Positions 43,669-46,879 of a stretch of 46,879 bases of DNA are shown here, piece after piece. The stretch lies in contig JANLIQ010000017.1 in assembly GCA_024654065.1 (NCBI GenBank), positions 1 through 46,879 of the forward strand. Reading direction: 5' to 3'. A program made the translations under genes and the position numbers. Position 1 is the stretch's first letter; every line of letters starts with the position of its first letter. The notes below the pieces were generated by a model. The model ran no database searches, was not told the DNA's origin, and saw nothing but the letters and a program-made list of their open reading frames with translations. This stretch comes from Candidatus Berkelbacteria bacterium (GTDB lineage: Bacteria > Patescibacteriota > UBA1384 > 2-12-FULL-50-11).

Positions 43669-44385
43669 TTAATAGTCAATTTTTTCCATAACACCTCGTA
43701 AGGAACGAAGATGGGGATGGGTTTGATTTAGGAGTTGAGCCATTGTTCCCTCAATGAGCTTTTGGCCGTTAGCAAGTACAAGAAAGTTGTCTGCTAGGTC
43801 TTGGGCTAACTCAAGATTATCGGTAATTAGGACAACTGAGCTACTAGAGTTAGTCATGTTTTTCACAATATCTCCAACCAATCGAGGTCCGTTAAAATCA
43901 AGCATTTGAGTCGGCTCATCCAATATTACGAGTTTAGGGCTGTGGATAACTGAAGAAGCAAGGGCGACTTTTTGACAAACGTCTGGTGAAGCGGTTTCCA
44001 ATATTGAATAAACTGATGGGCCGATTTCAAGCAGATCGATTAGAAATTGGATACGTTCTTTGCGGGTATTCGGTGCTAGATGATAAATAGAACCTATCAG
44101 ATCAAGTAATTCGTAACCTGTCAAAAACTCTTCTATCGGTGCGGGATTTGGTAAATACCCGAGCTGGATTCGAGCTTTATCACTACCAGTGTTTAGGTGA
44201 TAGCGGTTGATAGATATCTCACCACTCAACGTCTTGTGTATTCCAGCCAGAACCTGCCCAAGCTCATGTTTTCCCGAGTCGCTTGATCCAAGAATCGCTA
44301 ATACCTCGCCAGGCTCAACCTTAAAACTAAGACCATCAAGATGCCGATTGGCTACTTTAGCAATAAGATCTTGAACCTTTAGCAT
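43669..44385 (-). CDS. ABC transporter ATP-binding protein with degenerate motifs
   Basis: Walker A is GSSDSGKH, with His in place of Ser/Thr. Walker B is LVILDEPT. The signature motif is degenerate (SPDVCQKV). Confidence 0.7.
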   Translation of the reverse strand: MLKVQDLIAKVANRHLDGLSFKVEPGEVLAILGSSDSGKHELGQVLAGIHKTLSGEISINRYHLNTGSDKARIQLGYLPNPAPIEEFLTGYELLDLIGSIYHLAPNTRKERIQFLIDLLEIGPSVYSILETASPDVCQKVALASSVIHSPKLVILDEPTQMLDFNGPRLVGDIVKNMTNSSSSVVLITDNLELAQDLADNFLVLANGQKLIEGTMAQLLNQTHPHLRSLRGVMEKIDY

Positions 44386-44389
44386 TTTC

Positions 44390-44890
44390 TTAACGAATTA
44401 AGTACTGTTTAGGTTCAGCGTCTAGATCGGTAAACTTATCAAGACATTCAATTAATTTGGCGGATGTACTTCGTCCAAAAGACATTCCTTCAACACGACA
44501 ACCCTTATTTTCTTTGAGATATGAAACGAGTGGTGCAAAGTCTCCATCACCAGTAACTAAAACAACAACATCGAGTCTGTCAGCTATTTTTATGGCGTCA
44601 ACGGCAATACCAACATCCCAGTCCCCTTTTTTGGCTCCACCAGCAAATATCTGAATATCTTTGGAGTTAAGCTCTATACCAAAGTTAGCCAGCGCATCAA
44701 AAAAACCCTGTTCTTTCGGTGCGTCAGACTTGATCACATAAGCAATAATGCGAATTGGTTGACGTTTAGCAATTGCAGTTTCGACAATTTTGCCAAAATT
44801 AACATAGCTTTCGTACATAGCCCGAGCCGAGTAATACAAATTTTGAACATCAACGAAAACACCAACCCTTTGGTTATCATAATTGATCAT
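44390..44890 (-). CDS. NYN/LabA-like domain protein
   Basis: Contains RVGVFVDVQNLYYS and VVLVTGDGDFAPLV. Confidence 0.75.
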   Translation of the reverse strand: MINYDNQRVGVFVDVQNLYYSARAMYESYVNFGKIVETAIAKRQPIRIIAYVIKSDAPKEQGFFDALANFGIELNSKDIQIFAGGAKKGDWDVGIAVDAIKIADRLDVVVLVTGDGDFAPLVSYLKENKGCRVEGMSFGRSTSAKLIECLDKFTDLDAEPKQYLIR

Positions 44891-44952
44891 AATTAATTAA
44901 AGTTCCTTTCTAAAATTAGCATATCAGGTTTTATTATTTCTTGGCACGAAAT

Positions 44953-45510
44953 CTATTTAGAGCCGTAAAGAATTAGGATGTCAAACAAGCCAGCAGTGAC
45001 TACTTCTTTTAGGCTAACTAAACGTTCCGGCATAGCAGCTTGAATTTTTTCGGCTTCAGCAAGCATTCCAGCTCGATAGCGAATATATGTGCGATCATAG
45101 TTAAACTGAGATTTATCTAAGTTATCAACTTTGTAACCTAGCATCTTAAGTTCCTCAACCAGTGTACTAACTGCTTTTGATCCAGCGCCAGAATCGTATA
45201 TTTGAACCAAGGGTGAAAAAGTCTGAGGTGACAAGATGTTATTTTTGACTTCCGTGGAATTAGGATTTGTTGTGGGTGAAGCAACTTTAGCAGTGTCTGG
45301 GTTTTGTACCGGAGTTGTTGAAGATGTTGTCGATATTGTGAATTGCCAAATACCAATTGCCGCTGCGATCAGTAATAAGACAAGAATTGTCCAAAGTAAG
45401 GCGTTTGAACCACTCTTAGCCGTATTGGTTGAGGCAGTTGTAACTGGTACAGACTTAACTGGAGTCTTATTTATTACCCGTTTAACTCTAAAGTCAAAGT
45501 CTCTAGCCAT
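44953..45510 (-). CDS. membrane-anchored LytR_C-domain protein
   Basis: TM anchor, a low-complexity linker, then a C-terminal LytR_C-like domain (VQIYDSGAG..GYKV..RYRAG). Confidence 0.6.
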   Translation of the reverse strand: MARDFDFRVKRVINKTPVKSVPVTTASTNTAKSGSNALLWTILVLLLIAAAIGIWQFTISTTSSTTPVQNPDTAKVASPTTNPNSTEVKNNILSPQTFSPLVQIYDSGAGSKAVSTLVEELKMLGYKVDNLDKSQFNYDRTYIRYRAGMLAEAEKIQAAMPERLVSLKEVVTAGLFDILILYGSK

Positions 45511-45526
45511 ATTCTTATAGTAGCAC

Positions 45527-45778
45527 CTAGTTTTGAATTTGGGGTATCGGTTCTAGGTCGTCTTGGATAGAAGTGACCGGAGGTTTTCTTAAGGATGGTT
45601 TTTTAAGCTGAGGCGTTGTTTCGAAACGCAATATTATCCTTCCTCGTCGCCGATCGTAATCCATAGTCACCAAACCACCTCTTTCAATACCTAGTTCAGT
45701 GAGCCATTTCTTGGGTAGAAGTAGAGCTAACGAATATTTGCCAAATAAAAATAGCTTTCGGATGGTATGAACTCTCAT
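45527..45778 (-). CDS. AbrB/MazE/SpoVT-type looped-hinge-helix DNA-binding protein
   Basis: GKYSLALLLPKKWLTELGIERGGLVTMDYD resembles the SpoVT-AbrB fold. Start is taken at MRVHTIRK. Confidence 0.5.
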   Translation of the reverse strand: MRVHTIRKLFLFGKYSLALLLPKKWLTELGIERGGLVTMDYDRRRGRIILRFETTPQLKKPSLRKPPVTSIQDDLEPIPQIQN

Positions 45779-45878
45779 AAATGACATATACCATAGATAG
45801 GTCAAAACTCAAAAGTCAATCCGCCAGCTGGTAGACGAAATGAAGTCAAAAGAAGCAAGAAAGTGCTATACTAATATT

Positions 45879-46135
45879 GGGTGCTTCATGCCCCTCTCCT
45901 AAGCCTCCGGGTCCGGCCCGCAATTGGAACTTTGGATCGCAACGACCGACCATAGAAACCAGGCGGGCCTTTTCTTGTCTAGTCACAAAGATATACTTAA
46001 TCAGTACTGATCGCTCACAGGTAACGATCGATGGTTTGCTTGCACGCAAACCATCATACGGTACTACTGGCTTGCACCCAGACCCTCTCACGGGCGAAGA
46101 ACGATCCTCATTTGGTCGCCTTCGCCCCCTTCATT
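45879..46135. ncRNA. GC-rich structured non-coding region, class and strand undetermined
   Basis: An extended -10 (TGcTATACT, 45864-45872) is on the plus strand. It contains a 10-bp hairpin GATGGTTTGC/GCAAACCATC, an 8-bp GGGCGAAG/CTTCGCCC helix and a GGCCCGC/GCGGGCC helix followed by a T-run. ORFs on both strands look non-proteinaceous. Confidence 0.3.
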
Positions 46136-46138
46136 TCT

Positions 46139-46738
46139 TTAACTAAACTTTCGAATAACGCCCTTGACCTTACCCTGGATGGTAACTTTTTTGACTCGGA
46201 TTGGTTGATATTTCTTATTTGCTGGTTGGAGACGAATATGGTCTTTTTCGCGATAAAAACGTTTTAAAGTTACATTGTCTTTGTCGATTAAAGCCACGAC
46301 AATATCCCCATTCTTTGGATAATTGCACGGCTCAATAACAACATAGTCGCCGTCTAGAATACCGTCTTCAATCATCGAATCCCCTTTTACCTTCAAGGCA
46401 AAGACATTCTTTGACATCATGTCTCGTGGTATTTCAAGAGATTCACTTGTTTTAATAGCCTCAATCGGTTTACCGGCTTGGATGGCGCCAAATAGTGGAA
46501 TATTGAAACCCATAAAAGCGCTAGATTCATCAACTTCGATCGGCTTAAGTGAACGATAACCGGTTTCGCCGCTAGCTAAGTAGCCTTTGATTTTTAGGTT
46601 GTCGACATGTTCAGCAACTGTTGCTACCGACGAAAACCCGAAGTGATCGGCAATCTCCCTATAGCTAGGCGCATATCCATTAACTTCAAGATACTTATCA
46701 ATAAAATCCAATATTTGTTTTTGTTTTGGTGTTAGCAT
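46139..46738 (-). CDS. lexA: LexA repressor
   Basis: N-terminal wHTH (LTPKQKQILDFI..YAPSYREIA). Contains the Ser-Lys dyad context (VKGDSM.., VTLKRF). Start is taken at MLTPKQ. Confidence 0.9.
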   Translation of the reverse strand: MLTPKQKQILDFIDKYLEVNGYAPSYREIADHFGFSSVATVAEHVDNLKIKGYLASGETGYRSLKPIEVDESSAFMGFNIPLFGAIQAGKPIEAIKTSESLEIPRDMMSKNVFALKVKGDSMIEDGILDGDYVVIEPCNYPKNGDIVVALIDKDNVTLKRFYREKDHIRLQPANKKYQPIRVKKVTIQGKVKGVIRKFS

Positions 46739-46744
46739 AATACT

Positions 46745-46774
46745 ACCGTAACGAACAAATACCGAACGTGTCAA
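46745..46774 (-). promoter_or_regulatory. lexA promoter TTGACA-18-TACGGT with a GAAC-N7-GAAC direct repeat in the spacer
   Basis: Plus-strand GAACAAATACCGAAC at 46753-46767 lies between the -35 box (reverse complement of 46769-46774) and the -10 box (reverse complement of 46745-46750). The ATG follows 6 nt after the -10. Confidence 0.45.
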
Positions 46775-46879
46775 GACCGTACTTTTCTAAACACGTTTTG
46801 TAAACGGGTTTATGTGCGTTATTTCTGGAACGAATTTTCGTTTATCTCGTCCGTCAGGCAGATTGAATATCCGTTGGCG

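Noticed and set aside
45846-46146. 81-aa and 89-aa ORFs between lexA and the AbrB-like gene.
   Set aside because: They are mutually antisense ORFs rich in Gly, Pro, Arg and Ser, in a GC-rich hairpin-dense region with no RBS. Structured RNA or a gene remnant is more likely.

Overview
A 46.9-kb, gene-dense chromosomal segment with about 55 CDS on both strands and the standard genetic code. Background GC is roughly 43-48%. Gene content suggests a small-genome Patescibacteria/CPR (Saccharibacteria-like) bacterium; this is inference only. Housekeeping genes present are tgt, manC-like/secD/secF, an RluA-family synthase, a UvrD-type helicase-nuclease, trxA, class II RNR, ftsA/ftsZ, ybeY, a GatB/YqeY protein, rpsU, the CCA enzyme and lexA. 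Non-core content falls into six groups. (1) At 3-4235 there is a cluster of membrane-anchored exported proteins. Three of them share an MKKxWWxV N-terminus. (2) At 7042-12720 a leaderless operon encodes a small acidic protein plus two tandem paralogous membrane-anchored FtsK/HerA/VirD4-like ATPases. (3) At 20997-25985 lies a candidate vitamin-B12 salvage and use module: a BtuM-like S-component with a structured leader, a PduO-type adenosyltransferase, a frameshifted flavin-barrel gene and nrdJ. (4) At 30.6-38.0 kb an accessory island is packed with nucleotide- and ester-directed hydrolases: 2 CYTH, 2 NUDIX plus a fragment, 2H, HIT, a ParB-like nuclease domain, SGNH, alpha/beta, VOC, DUF218-like and an HExxH protein. 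Its transcription units are punctuated by five copies of a conserved ~29-bp element. That element is itself a -35/-10 promoter placed 6 nt from the ATG. (5) Four isolated orphan genes are GC-rich (up to ~60% in sampled stretches, versus ~45% around them). (6) Three GC-rich structured non-coding regions are present. One is most consistent with RNase P RNA; the other two are unassigned. I found no tRNA, rRNA, CRISPR array, transposase or integrase. All family calls rest on motifs read by eye; no searches were run.
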